A stretch of 64,000 bases of DNA from Octopus vulgaris (lineage: Eukaryota). The position numbers were made by a program, and so were the translations under genes. The stretch spans positions 52,142,001 through 52,206,000 of the forward strand of contig OX597820.1 of assembly GCA_951406725.2 (NCBI GenBank), given 5' to 3'. Below the pieces are notes generated by a model. The model was not told the DNA's origin. It was given only the letters and a program-made list of their open reading frames with translations, and ran no database searches. This document shows positions 30,210 through 44,494 of the stretch, piece after piece (position 1 is the first letter of the stretch; every line of letters starts with the position of its first letter).

Positions 30210-30670
30210 ACAGAGAACTCAGAATGGCTTCCCAAAGTGTCCACCATTACTTCAAGAAGGCCGCGAAACCTGGCGTATATCTTCCTCATTAGGCCCCTGG
30301 GAATACCTTCGAACATCTCCATGGCCTTGGTCAATAACTCGGCGTTGGTACTGCAGACCGATTGGTTGGAGTCTTTCTCAATTTCACCCTGCACATAGTA
30401 TTCCATTGGATTACAATCGGGGGTGGGGGTGGAATTTGGGGGATGGCTGCTTAAGTCGTAGAAAAAATTCTCCGTCAACTCCTCACTCTTTTCGAAGCTA
30501 TGGCAAGAAGCTGAATTTTGCTACTTTATATAAGGTCTTCCAAAATTAACTCTCTCCAGTCAAGGTTTGACTACATTCAGCAGCTTCACATGGCCATCTA
30601 TCTGGATACTGCCTAAGTAGCTGTTCAAAGATGAGAAGCGGCTTGACACCAACCTCACTGAAAATACACA
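30210..30670 (-). mobile_element. Tc1/mariner (maT/DD37D-like) transposase C-terminal pseudogene
   Basis: QQNSASCH...ENFFYDL..HPPNS..PDCNPMEYYVQGEIEKDSN..CST..ELL...ARFRGLLEVMVDTLGSHSE matches QQDSAPCH / WPPNSPDCNPLDYYVWG / RFRxRLE. Confidence 0.85.
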
Positions 30671-31877
30671 CATAGACAATCCCTGTTTGGGAGAACCCGG
30701 TTTTTCTGATGACAATGTCGCATCTTACAGACTTTACATTATTATGAGAACATTAAGATGCAGCCATGTAAGAGCTGTTTTTAGCCCAAACATCCAATAT
30801 AAGTCGTATAATTTTTTCCTTCTTTATCAATTCCTTTTTATATGTATTTGCACTTTTTCTCTAATAATGGTATAACGTTAAACACTCATATTCCCTTATT
30901 ATACCTTGTCAGTGAACTAATTTTTGCCAAGGTTTTCAAACATTTCAGTGGAATTTGATGATTTAATAAAAGTATAAGGTTGTATACTTATTTAATCAGC
31001 GTAGGTGTTACTAAAATTCACTCAGATACCACACGATTTAGAATGAGAAAATGCCTTCGAAGTAAATGGAGAAAGTGTAATTATATTAAATATTTTCCAA
31101 TTTACCATAAGGATAGGCATTAAAAAATTCTCAAATAAAATATTGATCTTAATACAAATATATATTAAAATCTAGACCCAGTATGGCCACAGCTCGTGAG
31201 CTGAAGCTAGATAAAATAAAAATAAAATAAAATATTGTTAATATTCTGCGAGTAAATTCTTCTTGGAAATATCGCATAAACCTGTGGGGGTTTTCTCTAC
31301 GGGACGTTATGAGTAGTATCTTGCTAGAGCTCCGCGACTACGAAATTCCCTCCGGCATTATGAGATTTATATACAGAATTAAAATGTTGTGATCAAAGGG
31401 CATAAAAACGTAGTTTAGCCTTATCGCAGGAAGAAAAAGGTACCTTTCAATAGGATAAAATCTGCAAACAGGTCGTGTGCAGTAATTTGTATTATATGTA
31501 TCATATTCCAAGTTAGTCGACACTAGTTCTATATGCAGTTTCATAATTCATAGCGTTTATAAGGTTACTAATAAACACACGCTTACACGCATACGCACAC
31601 ACGCACGCACTCACACTCACACTCTCACAAACGCATATATGTGTATGGGAGCGATTGTATTCATCTGTCACATGTGTATGCTTGTTATGCTTGTGTGTAT
31701 GTGTGTGTGTGCGCATAAGTATATTCCTATTACATAATTCATGTCGAAGAACACGCTGAGAACACGTCCGTGCCATAAAGTCTTGGAGATTTAGTGTCCT
31801 TCTGAGGATTGTCATGAAATTCGAGTTCCATTAACGATCTTCCTAAGAATAATTACATACATCATCAAATGACTATC

Positions 31878-32830
<953 letters not shown>

Positions 32831-33156
32831 TGATGATTTCAAATTTTACAATAAGTACGGGGAAAGGAATGAATCGATGACATCAGATCTAGTGCTCAAC
32901 TGGTACTTATTTCATCGACTCCAAAAGCATGAAAAGTAGAAGTGACCTCAATGGCATGTGAACTTGGAACGCCTAATAATAATAATAATGAAATCTGTGG
33001 GCAGGAGACTATTCGATTACATTGATTCCAGTAATTCACTGGTAAACTATTTCCCCCGGTGTGCTAAAGATTCTGCCAGCTCGCCATCTTAATAATAATA
33101 GCGGTGCAAAGACAATAATAATAATAATAACAACAACAATAATAACAATAAATCTG

Positions 33157-33564
33157 TCAAAATACAAAGAAACTTTCAAAATACAATAAAACTTTCAAAA
33201 TACAAAGAAACTTTTCAAAGACCTGGAAATGGAGATAATTCGAATGTGGAATCTAAAAACAGAAACAATCGCTATCATAGTAGGTGCATTAAGTATGTTA
33301 AAAAATATTTAGACAAATACATAACAAAAACACCAGGACTTACAAATACATATATCATACAGAAAATTTCACTACTGCGCACTGCACACATCCTACGCAG
33401 AACACTTTCATTACAGGAACCATTAGAGCATCACAACAAATTACAGCACATACGCAAGATACACAGAGTCGCGCTCGGTAGTGAAGTGAAAGCACGCTAT
33501 AAAAATAAAGCTACGGAATAATAATAACAACAACAACAACAACAACAACAACAATAATAATAAC

Positions 33565-33620
<56 letters not shown>

Positions 33621-33647
33621 TAATAATAATAATAATAATAATAATAA
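33157..33647 (+). mobile_element. 5'-truncated Dong/R4-clade LINE: C-terminal restriction-like endonuclease region, 3' UTR and (AAT/AAC)n tail
   Basis: KLSKYK / KDLEMEIIRMWNLKTETIAIIVGALSML / KKYLDKYITKTPGLTNTYIIQKISLLRTAHILRRTL matches the R4/Dong RLE C-terminus; (AAT)n on both sides. Confidence 0.88.
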
Positions 33648-35169
33648 TTTCTTTACTGGCTTGAGAGACGTCACACGAATGGATTACGACAAGGATAGTT
33701 TACAAGGTGTGTGTGGCTTAGATAAATCTGTTGACTGGAGTAAGTGCTAACCTTAGGAATCCGCTGGTCCAATAAACAGGCTGACTTCCAAAGGTACGAG
33801 CATACGTCCAAGAACTATTTTCAAATCTGCCTGTTCAAACTGGTTATGGTTATGTTCTCTTTAGCCATAGTCATCCACCTTTTTCAGCTCTCCGCCTTAG
33901 TGATGCATAATATTAGTTTCAAATCTTGGCTCAAGGCCTGTAATTTCGGGGAAGGCCATGAGTTGGTTACATCGACCCCAGTTTTCAGTTGGTGTATTAT
34001 CAACCATATAAAAATATTATTTATTGAATGAAAATGTTTTGAAATACCCGTATAAATTTTGATAGCTGTGAGAAACACCTAGAAAGTTGGGTAATTACTA
34101 TCAGAAGACGAGGAGAAAGACAAAACTTACCGACAAGTACTCGAAACTTGCACCTTCTTCACAGTTTTCAAACACTATGTACCTGTAAGCCAATATATAC
34201 ACAAACATGTTGCGAGCAATTTCAACTGTCACACGCACACACACACACACATACACATCAATACACACTCGCGCATACACATATATACACATGCACACGA
34301 CAAAAAAGCAATGAATGTGTGCATTGTGTGTGTGAGTGTGTGTGTGTGTGTTGTGTGTGTGCTGTTCACTGAAAAAACTTCGTGCTGCATCACTTTTATG
34401 AAGTGTTGTCAGTGAACAGGTCGCGGTTTCAAAGCGACGAAAATATATTGACACAAATGAAATTTTAATGTTAAATTGAAACAAATTGTTTTGTGTGTTT
34501 TTCAATGGCTTACAAACATATTTCGCGCTAGAGTTGTTTTTGTTTCAACACACGATCTTCGACCAAGTTACCTGGTTTGCAAGTTCAACTCCGTAGATTT
34601 TTTAATCACTATGAATAAATGCCAAAAATAACATTCTCAGGCTCTTCAATATTTTAATTTCTAAACAGAAAAAATTGGAATCTCTTAAATCACTAACTTT
34701 TCCTTCTGAAAATACTAACAGTTTTTTTCTTACCAAAAATGCTCTTCCCACGGTTTTGAAGTGCCAAAAAAAATTTAGCAAAATAGGTCCCGAGTGGAAC
34801 GATGAAGGAGTAGGTGTAAAAAAAATGAGCTTTCAAAACATTTTTCATACAATGATGTCCCGCAACAAACCCCATCATTTCGAAGCCAGTGGCTAAAAAA
34901 ATGGGGAAAATCTCCGAAAACATTTTCCACACAAATTTCCTTATAATCGTAATCTATGCAGAATGAAAGGGATTTGTATAAATTGTCATTAATAGATACC
35001 TGTTTTCCTGAATGTTATGAGGGAAAAAATTAAGGTCCTGTAAATGTTCCGAAACTCCTCTCTCCAACCCTCGTAGAAATTCTTTGCCATGAATCCCTAT
35101 ATGATATGGACCCATAAACATCTATACGGTATTTGTAGAAAATTTTGTTAAAAAAATATCTATTTTTCT

Positions 35170-35232
35170 GGATGTTATGAGGCAACAAATCGGATGTTAT
35201 GAGGCAACAAATCGGATGTTATGAGGCAACAA
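35170..35232. repeat. 22 bp tandem repeat, ~3 copies
   Basis: GGATGTTATGAGGCAACAAATC twice, plus a partial third copy. Confidence 0.95.
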
Positions 35233-35618
35233 TTTCTGTAGTAATGCACTTTTAATTATACGATTTTTTTATTCATTTCATGTGTATTTAATTCATTAAT
35301 TGCAATGTTCTCTCTTGCTCACACATTGTAAAGATTACAAGTGGGCTGCTGAACTGAAATCTTTATGTTGCTTTGAGGGAAAGGTAAAACTTGTTGTTGG
35401 ACTAACGCGAGGTTTGATTGAAAAACAGAGATTATGAGTGTGATAACATAATGCAAGCAACATTTACTAAGAAAATAAGTATTATTATACAAAGAGATAA
35501 TTAGACGTAAAATATAAAAAAAAATATTAGAACTGGGAATAAAGTGTGAAAATATTTACCAAAGTTCCATCAGAAAACCGCACGGAGGTCGGTCATTCTA
35601 CAGCTGCTGCTGTTGTTG

Positions 35619-35688
<70 letters not shown>

Positions 35689-35731
35689 ACTACTACTACT
35701 AATGATAATAATGATAACAACATCAATGATG

Positions 35732-35764
<33 letters not shown>

Positions 35765-36319
35765 TGCCCTGATGCAGTACCAGGCAGTGGCTCTCATGGC
35801 TTCTGATCTTAACTGATTGGAAGTGTTATCATATACATTGTTTTGTCTTGGTATAAAAGATGGGCTACAGCAAATATTCTGCTCAATACCACAGATTTGC
35901 TTGTCAGTTGTTTGACCTTAACCAGTTGAGCATGTCCCTTAGTGGCTGACGATATGTGCATCTCTGATCACGAGCAGAAGTAGTGGAGGAGCATCATAGC
36001 CATGTGTTGAGAGGGATTCTTTGGGGTTTGAATAATTCACCTCTGGAAACATGGGTGGTTCTTTCAACATCCTTAAACAACCCTTATTCAGGGACCTTTT
36101 GAGCGGGATGGGTTATTCAACCTGAAGAAAATTCTAACTGGGCCCCACCTGCAAGGTCATGTGCTGTTTATCTTGATATGAGATCACCATGTCGCGCACA
36201 TATGGTTGTGATGCATGTGCCTGGTGTACCCTTATCAGACGGGTAGTCATGATGGGTATATTGGGCTTCGTATATTTTACCCCAGCGTCACTTTGATGGC
36301 ATGCACTGCTCTCTCACTC
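35765..36319 (+). mobile_element. Unclassified ~555 bp non-coding interspersed repeat flanked by (AAT)n
   Basis: Further copies at 46168-46916 (+), 36554-36713 (-, partial) and 32674-32693 (+, 3' tip only); plus-strand copies end GCACT.C.CT.TCAC.C then (AAT)n. Confidence 0.85.
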
Positions 36320-36350
<31 letters not shown>

Positions 36351-36354
36351 TTAA

Positions 36355-37022
36355 TCCTTTCTAATATAGGCACAGGACACAACATTTTGGAGGAGAGGAC
36401 TAATCGATTAAATAGACCCCAGTGTTACACTGATACTTAATTTATCGACCCCGAAAGTATGAAAGGCAAAGCCGACCTCGGCTAACAATTCTGCCACCAC
36501 ACCACCTTAATAATGATAATAATGATAATAATCCTTTCTACTATAGAAAGAAGGCTCGTGATCAGAGATGCTCATTTTGTCAGCCACTAAGGGACATGCT
36601 CAACTGGTTAAGGTCAAACAGCTGACAAGCAAATCTGTGGTATTGAGCAGAATATTTGCTGTAGCTCATCTTTTACACCAACACAAAACAACGTACATGA
36701 TAACACTACCAATAATAATAATAATAATAATAATAATAATTATCCATTCTAAATTTGGCACAGGACACAAAATTTTGAGGGAGGGGACTAGTCGATTAAA
36801 TCGACCCCAGTGTTACATTTGTACTTAATTTATCGACCCCGAAAGTATGGAAGGCAAAGACGACCTCGGATAACAATTCTGTCGCCACACCGCCTTAATA
36901 ATGTTAATAATCCTTTCTACTATAGAAAGAAGGCCTGGAATTTGAGGGGAGGGATATAGTCGACCTCATTGATCCCTGTATTCGACTGGCACTTAATTTT
37001 ATCAACTATGAAGGGATGGAAA
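36355..37022 (-). mobile_element. Tandem family A SINE copies sharing one internal deletion, interrupted by an inverted fragment of the AAT element
   Basis: ~36368-36554 matches ~36757-36934, both with the junction GACCTCGG|.TAACAATTCTG. Confidence 0.85.
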
Positions 37023-37519
37023 TATATAGAAATAGCGCCTATTCTGCAAAACTTTTTTTCTGTAAGTATGAGATCATGAAGAACCACACTGACATTGAAC
37101 AGTGACAATGAATCTCTAAATGATGGAGATATAAATATTTCATGTATATATATATATATATGTTAAAAAACTGAGATCTGAAATCTCTAAGAGATTAACG
37201 CGGTAGTGCACTGTAGTACCCCAGCATCACTGCAGCCGCAGACCTGAAACGAATAAAAGAAAGATATACATATACGTGTGTAGAAAGACAGAGAGTTGAG
37301 GTAGAAGAGGAGAGAGGGAGATTGGATTGGCTTAAAAGTCGAGACACGAGATAAACATATCAAATATTTAAAAAAAGTGTATATGTGTGTAGAGTTGTGT
37401 ATATGTAAATACGAACACACACATACACACACACACGCACATACACACACACACTCACACACACACACACACACATATATATATTCAGTATCTTGTAGAA
37501 TTTTACATTTATCGCGTGT

Positions 37520-37644
37520 GGTAGTAGTAGTAGTAGCATCCGCAGCGGCGGCGGCAGTATTAGTAGTAGTAGTAGTAGTAGCAGCAGCAGCCGCAGCGGC
37601 GGCGGCAGTTTTAGTAGTAGCAGCAGCCGCAGTGGCGGCAGTGT

Positions 37645-37680
<36 letters not shown>

Positions 37681-37745
37681 CAGAAGTGGTAGTAGTAGTA
37701 GCAGCTGCAGCATCAGTATCAACAGCGGCGGCATCAACAGCAGCG
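37520..37745. repeat. Compound (GTA)n/(GCA)n/(GCG)n repeat with a higher-order unit
   Basis: (GTA)n-GCA..CCGCAG.GGCGGC..CAGT.TTA recurs three times. Confidence 0.9.
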
Positions 37746-39448
37746 TTTAATTTATTGAAAATAATTCACTTGCAAGATTATCTTCATATATTAAGAAAAA
37801 ATATAATGTACACTTAGTAAGGGCCGGCAGAATGTAGTTAAAGAGTTTCTTTTCCTTTTTTTTTTTACCATTTATTCATACAATGTTTGTTGCGCCTGGT
37901 CATTATTGGCACGACTTCATTTATGGAGAATATTCAAAGAAATAAGCATATGTAGACAGTAATATGTCTTGTCATAATCCGCCTAGGCTCAGACATTACA
38001 ATCTCCGTCTACAATTTTCGACTCTTTGCTTATGCTTTCCTTGATCAACAAAATGCACTGTGCAATTTATTTTTCTTTCTGGTTTTGGTAATTGTTTTGG
38101 CGTACAATTGAGAATATTATAACTATAACTTTTTTTACTGGGGCAGATTATGTATAGATAGTTATTTCCTTATTGTTTGCATTAATGTCTGCTTTCAGTA
38201 TTAATCTAATGCTTCTATAATATTCACTTCTAATCTATTAAATCTTTTCTGTGTTTTATATTCTGTCTATTTCGATGATTTCTTAGAATTTGTATGAGTC
38301 TGCTTGTTCTAAATCGCTTAACTTTCTTGCATTATCTAATAACATATTAGTGATAATAATAAATTTTCTTCTTTTCAAGGTTGTCTTGGCACATTTTTCT
38401 TATCCGTATATCATAACAATTCATGTCTGTAATATTATTACTCGCTGCTATTGTTGATGTCATCTCCATCGTCTTCAGCAAAATCTTCACAGTCTTCGAC
38501 GTCGCCACCAACATCATCTTCATCGACATTGCCTGTTAAAATATTCAGACGTATTCTCGAATCGTCCATTATGGCGACGGATTCTATCATGAGCAAAGAC
38601 TGAAAGTTTTGTTTTGAATCATTTCTGATTCAAAGAAAAATGAGAATTTGAAAATATACCCATACAGACTTCAGACGAAAACCTAGGGGAATTATCTACA
38701 CTTATTTCTGCGTCTCTGTTCATTCATATAAAACATGTACAAAATTACTACCATAGATAAAATGGATAGTTCTTTTGAAGAAAATTTTTTCAAAATATCG
38801 TATCTCAACTCACGAAACAAACAAAAACAAAAAGGAATGAAACATTTTAGTGAATTTTTTCGGCAATAACAACAAAAACTGCGACATAAAAATCAAACAA
38901 TATTACTCATACGTACTATCCAAAACGAAACAATTCAGAATATTTTAATGCTTATAAAAATCGTGGTACTACATTCGTAAGTAGCAGTCACGTTTTGAAA
39001 ATATGTTCATATTTCCCTCCGCTTAAGAAAATAGAGAGATGATCAGTGAGCATTAAAAAAATTATCCAAAGAAAGCCCTGTCCTACGTGTGAGGTACTAT
39101 GAATTCAATCAATTGTAGAAAGAGACATGATAAGCTAAGATAGAGCAACGTACATCAATATATTGAGGCCAACCCAATGAGATATTAGTGGCATTAGCAT
39201 TTCATTTTTTTGTGGAAAAAATTTGCTGTGGAAACAAAAATGAACTGTAATTAAACGTGTTCAACATGGATACACATTTCTATCATCTTGACATCTACAG
39301 AAATATTCCAAATGTCTGCCTATATGGGGCGCAGAAATATGATTATATAGTGTAAAGAAAAAACAGCTGTCGAAACTTGTGGTAAAAAAGGACATCTTAA
39401 TGCGCTCTGGCATCAGTTCTCAAAACATAAGTGACAGAAAGAGAGAGA

Positions 39449-39506
<58 letters not shown>

Positions 39507-39554
39507 GAGAGAGAGAGAGAGAGAAGGAGGTCTGGTCGAACTGTTGTTGGTCAA

Positions 39555-39745
39555 CCAACAACCTCGGCAGATTATTGAGAATACTCTTCCAACAACGATT
39601 CCAGATGCAGAGACTGCAAATCTGAGGATGGTAGAAATACCTACCAAATCTTCAAGATCATAGAACAACATCTAGGAATGCACTCACTTTATCGCAACTA
39701 TTAATAGTAATATCACGTTTGGAAGAACTCGGGAAGAAGCAGTGC
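39555..39745 (+). mobile_element. Possible decayed Tc1/mariner N-terminal HTH fragment
   Basis: STNNLGRLLRILFQQRF(P)...NLQDHRTT resembles the F.Q.FP....KF..HGT pattern; frameshifted. Confidence 0.35.
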
Positions 39746-39847
39746 TTTACATGCAGTTCAAAGACTAAAATAATCACAAAATTTCAGTGCATGTGTGTCT
39801 GTGTGTGTGTGTGTGTGTGTGTTTCTGTGTGTAAATATATCAGTAAA

Positions 39848-40160
39848 GGCGCATGGCTCAGTGGTTGGAGAGTCGGGCTCGCAATCATGAAATAGTGAGT
39901 TCGATTCCTGGACTGGGTTGTGTTGTATTCTTGAGAAAGACACTTAATATTTTTTCACTCTGCATAAGTTTACTCAGCTGTCGAAATGAGTTGCGACATC
40001 ACAGGTGCCAAGCTTGGATAACATCGGGGGCGTAGAGATGGCAGACTGGTATGCATGAGCGACTGCGACTGCTAGTCTTCCATAAACAACGTTGCCTGGA
40101 CGGAGGGGAACTTTTTAGTTGCAATCCCATAGTCTTTCATGCCCGAAGGAGGTCTTTAAC
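39848..40160 (+). mobile_element. tRNA-derived SINE family C, near full length
   Basis: GGCGCATGGCTCAGTGGTTGGAG (A-box), GAGTTCGATTCC (B-box), then a TTCTTGAGAAAGACACTT core; no tRNA acceptor-stem 3' end. Confidence 0.85.
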
Positions 40161-40167
40161 TTATCTG

Positions 40168-40238
<71 letters not shown>

Positions 40239-41136
40239 CTGCTCACTTAGCGGGCGGGGAAGCGTCATTTGAAGGTTAAAACAATATGAAGTACATTGTG
40301 ACCAGCGATGTGTAAGAACATGTGATAGGCTGGTCGGCCACGGTGATCACGGTGATATATATATACATATATATATAAATATATATATATATATATTTAT
40401 GTATGTATGTATGTATGTATGTATGTATGTATGTATGTATGTATGTATGTATGTATGTATGTATCTATATATATATACGTGAATGTTTTCCGCCGTGACC
40501 ATACAGACGTTGTTATATATCTAAAACTACTTTAGTAAGTTCTCATTAATTTTTTAATAAGGTAGAAGAATCTGAATTGAATGGTGACTCCTTCTTTGGA
40601 GCAGTTTTCTGATTGTGTGTATTGGTTGTCTGCAACTATTTTACTGCCGTCTTTGTTCTGATTTATTATTCATTTATTTTGGGGCGGGAGTTGGTCCGTT
40701 TATTTTATATATTTGTTGCTTTTTATCTTTATAGTAGTATTTTGTTAATTTCTAGCTGTGAGATACACACACACACACACACACATACATATATGTAGGT
40801 ATGTATATGTGTGCGTTTGTGTTTGTATATGTTGTTGATTTTGTTATTTTTTTGGCTGTTGACTTTCCTACAACAAGCCTCATTATATCCTAATTTATAA
40901 AATCGTAGAAGCAGACAGATCTCCTTGACAGGTTTATTTTAAATCTGTTAGAATTATTCATTATTTGCCGGCTGTACATATATACATACACACCAATACC
41001 GCCCATACAAGGCATCCACACATTCAAACACCCCTGCAACTATATACACATAGTCACATACGAGATTCTGAATAACCTTGTACGTTCTGTGCGACTGTTT
41101 ACAGCATGTGTATGGTGTATGCGCGCACGCATCTGT

Positions 41137-41240
<104 letters not shown>

Positions 41241-41478
41241 CCGCCTGCTTGTGTAATATATCACTCTGGTATATGTTTCTTCATGAAGTATATTCCGAAA
41301 GACTTTCCTAAATTTGCCTTCCTTCTCTCTTCTAGCAATGGATTCTCAGAATCTTCCAGGCGACGAACAAACTGTCTAGCGGTATTACATTCCTGCCGTC
41401 AAGCCACGAGGAGTTTAAATTCCTTTTCGATACTTCGGAGTTCAAAAGAGAATATCAGTCCCCCACTTTTTTTCTTCT

Positions 41479-41853
41479 TTTTTTTTCTGCTCAGAGCTGC
41501 GGCCATGCTGATGCACCGACGCTTTGTGCTACACTGTTATTACTAAGAGCCTCCTCTAATATGTGGCACTTGTTGAAGAATGGAGTTTGGTATAGCTACC
41601 CTCATTTTCACCTCTTGCCGTGAGGTAGGTTCATCTGGGACTCTCGACAGGAAGAGGTCCAACTTTGATATAAAATCCGCTACATCTACTTTGTGCAAGT
41701 TCCTCAGACTCTTCTGGAGAATATTAGAAAGCTGTGGGCCCTTGAAACCCAGGCTATTGCAGTAGCTGGTCCTGAAGCGTGATGGCATTGCTGGGATCTT
41801 TGGCACTATGCGGTGTCGTCCCGTTCTAGCATTGGTGTAGCTTTCAATGCCCT
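41479..41853 (-). mobile_element. CR1-group LINE 3' end (ORF2 C-terminus and 3' UTR), 5'-truncated
   Basis: SYCNSLGFKGPQLSNILQKSLRNLHKVDVADFISKLDLFLSRVPDEP...NSILQQ matches the GP.LFN.LP..R....FK..LD..L..VPDEP C-terminus; followed by a short UTR and A-rich tail. Confidence 0.8.
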
Positions 41854-41964
41854 TGTTTATTTCTATATAATTACAATAGTATCTACGTATACCTGAAATT
41901 GTTAAAGTAACATTTCCACTCGTATTATGGATGTTCTTTAATATGTTTCATTTATTATATGGCG

Positions 41965-42176
41965 TAAATGCTGGAGCACTGCCTTCAAAAAGTTTCAGTT
42001 GAATAAATCTATTAAAGTACTTATCTTTTTAAAGCCGGGTACCTATTCCATCGGTGCCTTTGCCGAATCGCTACGTTACGGGGCCCTAAACACACAAACA
42101 CTGTTTGTGAAGGGCCGCTGGAGGGCAAACACAGTCACAATGACACACGCACACATGCACACGCACATCTATTTAC

Positions 42177-42218
<42 letters not shown>

Positions 42219-42575
42219 GTCTATCTATCGATATATATATATACATATATATATACATACATATCTATATATATACATATATGTATATATACATATACCT
42301 ATCTATCTATCTATATATATATATATAGTTGCAATTTCCAGAAAAACAAAAACCAGTTGTATTAGATTGACGCTTGGAAACTGAAAAGTCATCTACATTT
42401 CGAGATACGCTCTCCAACATATACTTACGTCAAACTTAAGTCTTCGTCTCCCAAATCCTCTAAAGAGGATTTAGTCGACAGGAAGCAATAATAGGTCACA
42501 CCTGCTCAACCTGCCACGTAGTGGGACTAAACCCTCATCCAGTTTGTTGGGAAGCAAGCTTCTTACCACAGAGCC
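41965..42575 (-). mobile_element. SINE family B, fragmented (tail/body ~41965-42140, head ~42490-42575)
   Basis: ATGCTGGAGCACTGCC, TTTGCCGAATCGCTACGTTACGGGG and CCACGTAGTGGGACT..GGAAGCAAGCTTCTTACCACA match the 52585-52979 copy. Confidence 0.75.
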
Positions 42576-44461
42576 GTTCTGTTCATTTGGTTGCAGTATT
42601 GATTTAACTCAATACCAACGTTGATTAAACTTATGAATTATCAACTGTATTCCACTTGCCGTGAGCAGTGTTATGGAACATCGCGTATTTTTTTAGTGTA
42701 TAACTCCCGCGACTCGGCGAGTTTTGGGGGTATTGGGAAATAAGAACTCTTTATTTACAGCTTTAACACATATAAAATAATATTTTCAAGCTAAAGTATG
42801 AATCGAGAGATGCATCTTCAAGATTGAAACGGTTGGAGAATTTAAGATTAAGAATAGTGTTTAGCATGAGGTATATGTTGACTATAATAACAGAAGAATA
42901 CCATGTGTTCCTTACATGCATTTATAGAGATGCTGTAGTAATAACCATTCCAGTTAAAAACGGAGGCCATGTGCAGTAAGTGGCATTAGAAGCAGTACCT
43001 GGAAGGGATGATGTGTGTGAGGTTACCTGTAGTTGAAATGTGTTAATGAGAGAATCACTGCGTCAGCAGACCTATGGTTTCGTTCGGGATGTTATTCATA
43101 ATGCCCGCATATGAGTGATGGCTGTGATTTCACATAGAGTTTCACCCACATCCGAAACGCTGCCGCTCGGATATAGGTGTAGCACTCCATTCTAGTATTT
43201 CAATAAGCAAGATAACGATACAGAAATAACTTATCTTCGCTCAGTTGGAGGAGATGCAGATAATATCTTGGATTTAGTCCCATACATTTAAAAACCGTAG
43301 AGCAGACAAAGTACCCAACCCCATAAAAATGCCCCGAGATAGCCAGGCGATTTTTTTTTTCCAGAAACTCTTTATTTTACTTACTTTTTATTCATGCAAA
43401 TATATTTTAGATTATTTCTCCCTCTCCTTCTTTCCCACATTCTTCCCTACTTCGCTCTCTCTCAAGTTTCTATGTGACTCTTAATGAATGGAGTAAGAGC
43501 CAGATTGCATGTGTCTCCATGTCTGTGAGATTCATCAGATGGAGTTTCACTGAGAGAAACTCATGACAGTAATTAAGGACAAACGATTCCCCAATTTCTA
43601 ATTTAATTTGCAAACATTTAACTGCTTAACATATTCAACGATAGCAAATTATTAATTATTATATATGATTTCAATAAATAGTTACGAGAAAGATGAGTAA
43701 GTACTTGTTACTCTCATATACTTTATTTTAAAATATTTTAGAATGTTTCATAACAGTGGATATGAAATTCCCCCTTTTAAATGTGTTATATAAGAAGCTT
43801 AATGGAATAACAGGTTCCTTTGCCAAATTCTTCATATTTTGGTCTCATGAGTCGAAGTGCTTGCTAAATGACGATTTTTTGTTGTTGCATAAATGGAAGG
43901 AATCTGGTGTATTCCTTTGATTTTTGTGTACGATTTGGTGTGAGTTAGATGCTGCAAATATATGAAACGTATTGTATGAAATGGAGGTCCACAAGATATA
44001 TGTAAATGAAACTTGATAATTGCTGGAGACATGGAAGGATATATCGTGATATTAAATTTCTCAAAATGTAAACTGACGTGCGTGTATTCATATATAAACT
44101 CACAGACACTTATACACGTAAACACACCAATATACACCTGTATAAACCCACATAGACAAGCATATGCATATACAGTATTAACATATTAGCTTCTAATGTA
44201 AAGTGTCAAACTATATAAGATCATTCTTTAATATAGTGAAAAGCAGAACACCAAATGATACATGCAAAGATGCACTAAAAACCCTTTCTGCATATCCGTT
44301 ATCATTGGTATAGTGAAAATAATGAAAAATATAAAAACGCTATTAATTCCAAGAGGTTGACCTAGCAGGAGAAGCGAAGGGCTGCAGATGTCTCATCAAC
44401 TGAGAATAAGAATATTAATTTTCCTTGGTTGCAGATATCTGTGGATATTTTCTTTTCCGTT

Positions 44462-44494
<33 letters not shown>

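Noticed and set aside
35170-35232. CRISPR-like array
   Set aside because: Head-to-tail repeats with no spacers, in a eukaryotic context with no cas genes.
39848-39920. tRNA gene
   Set aside because: A and B boxes are present, but the sequence runs into a SINE body repeated at 14872 and 29687; no convincing cloverleaf or T-run terminator.
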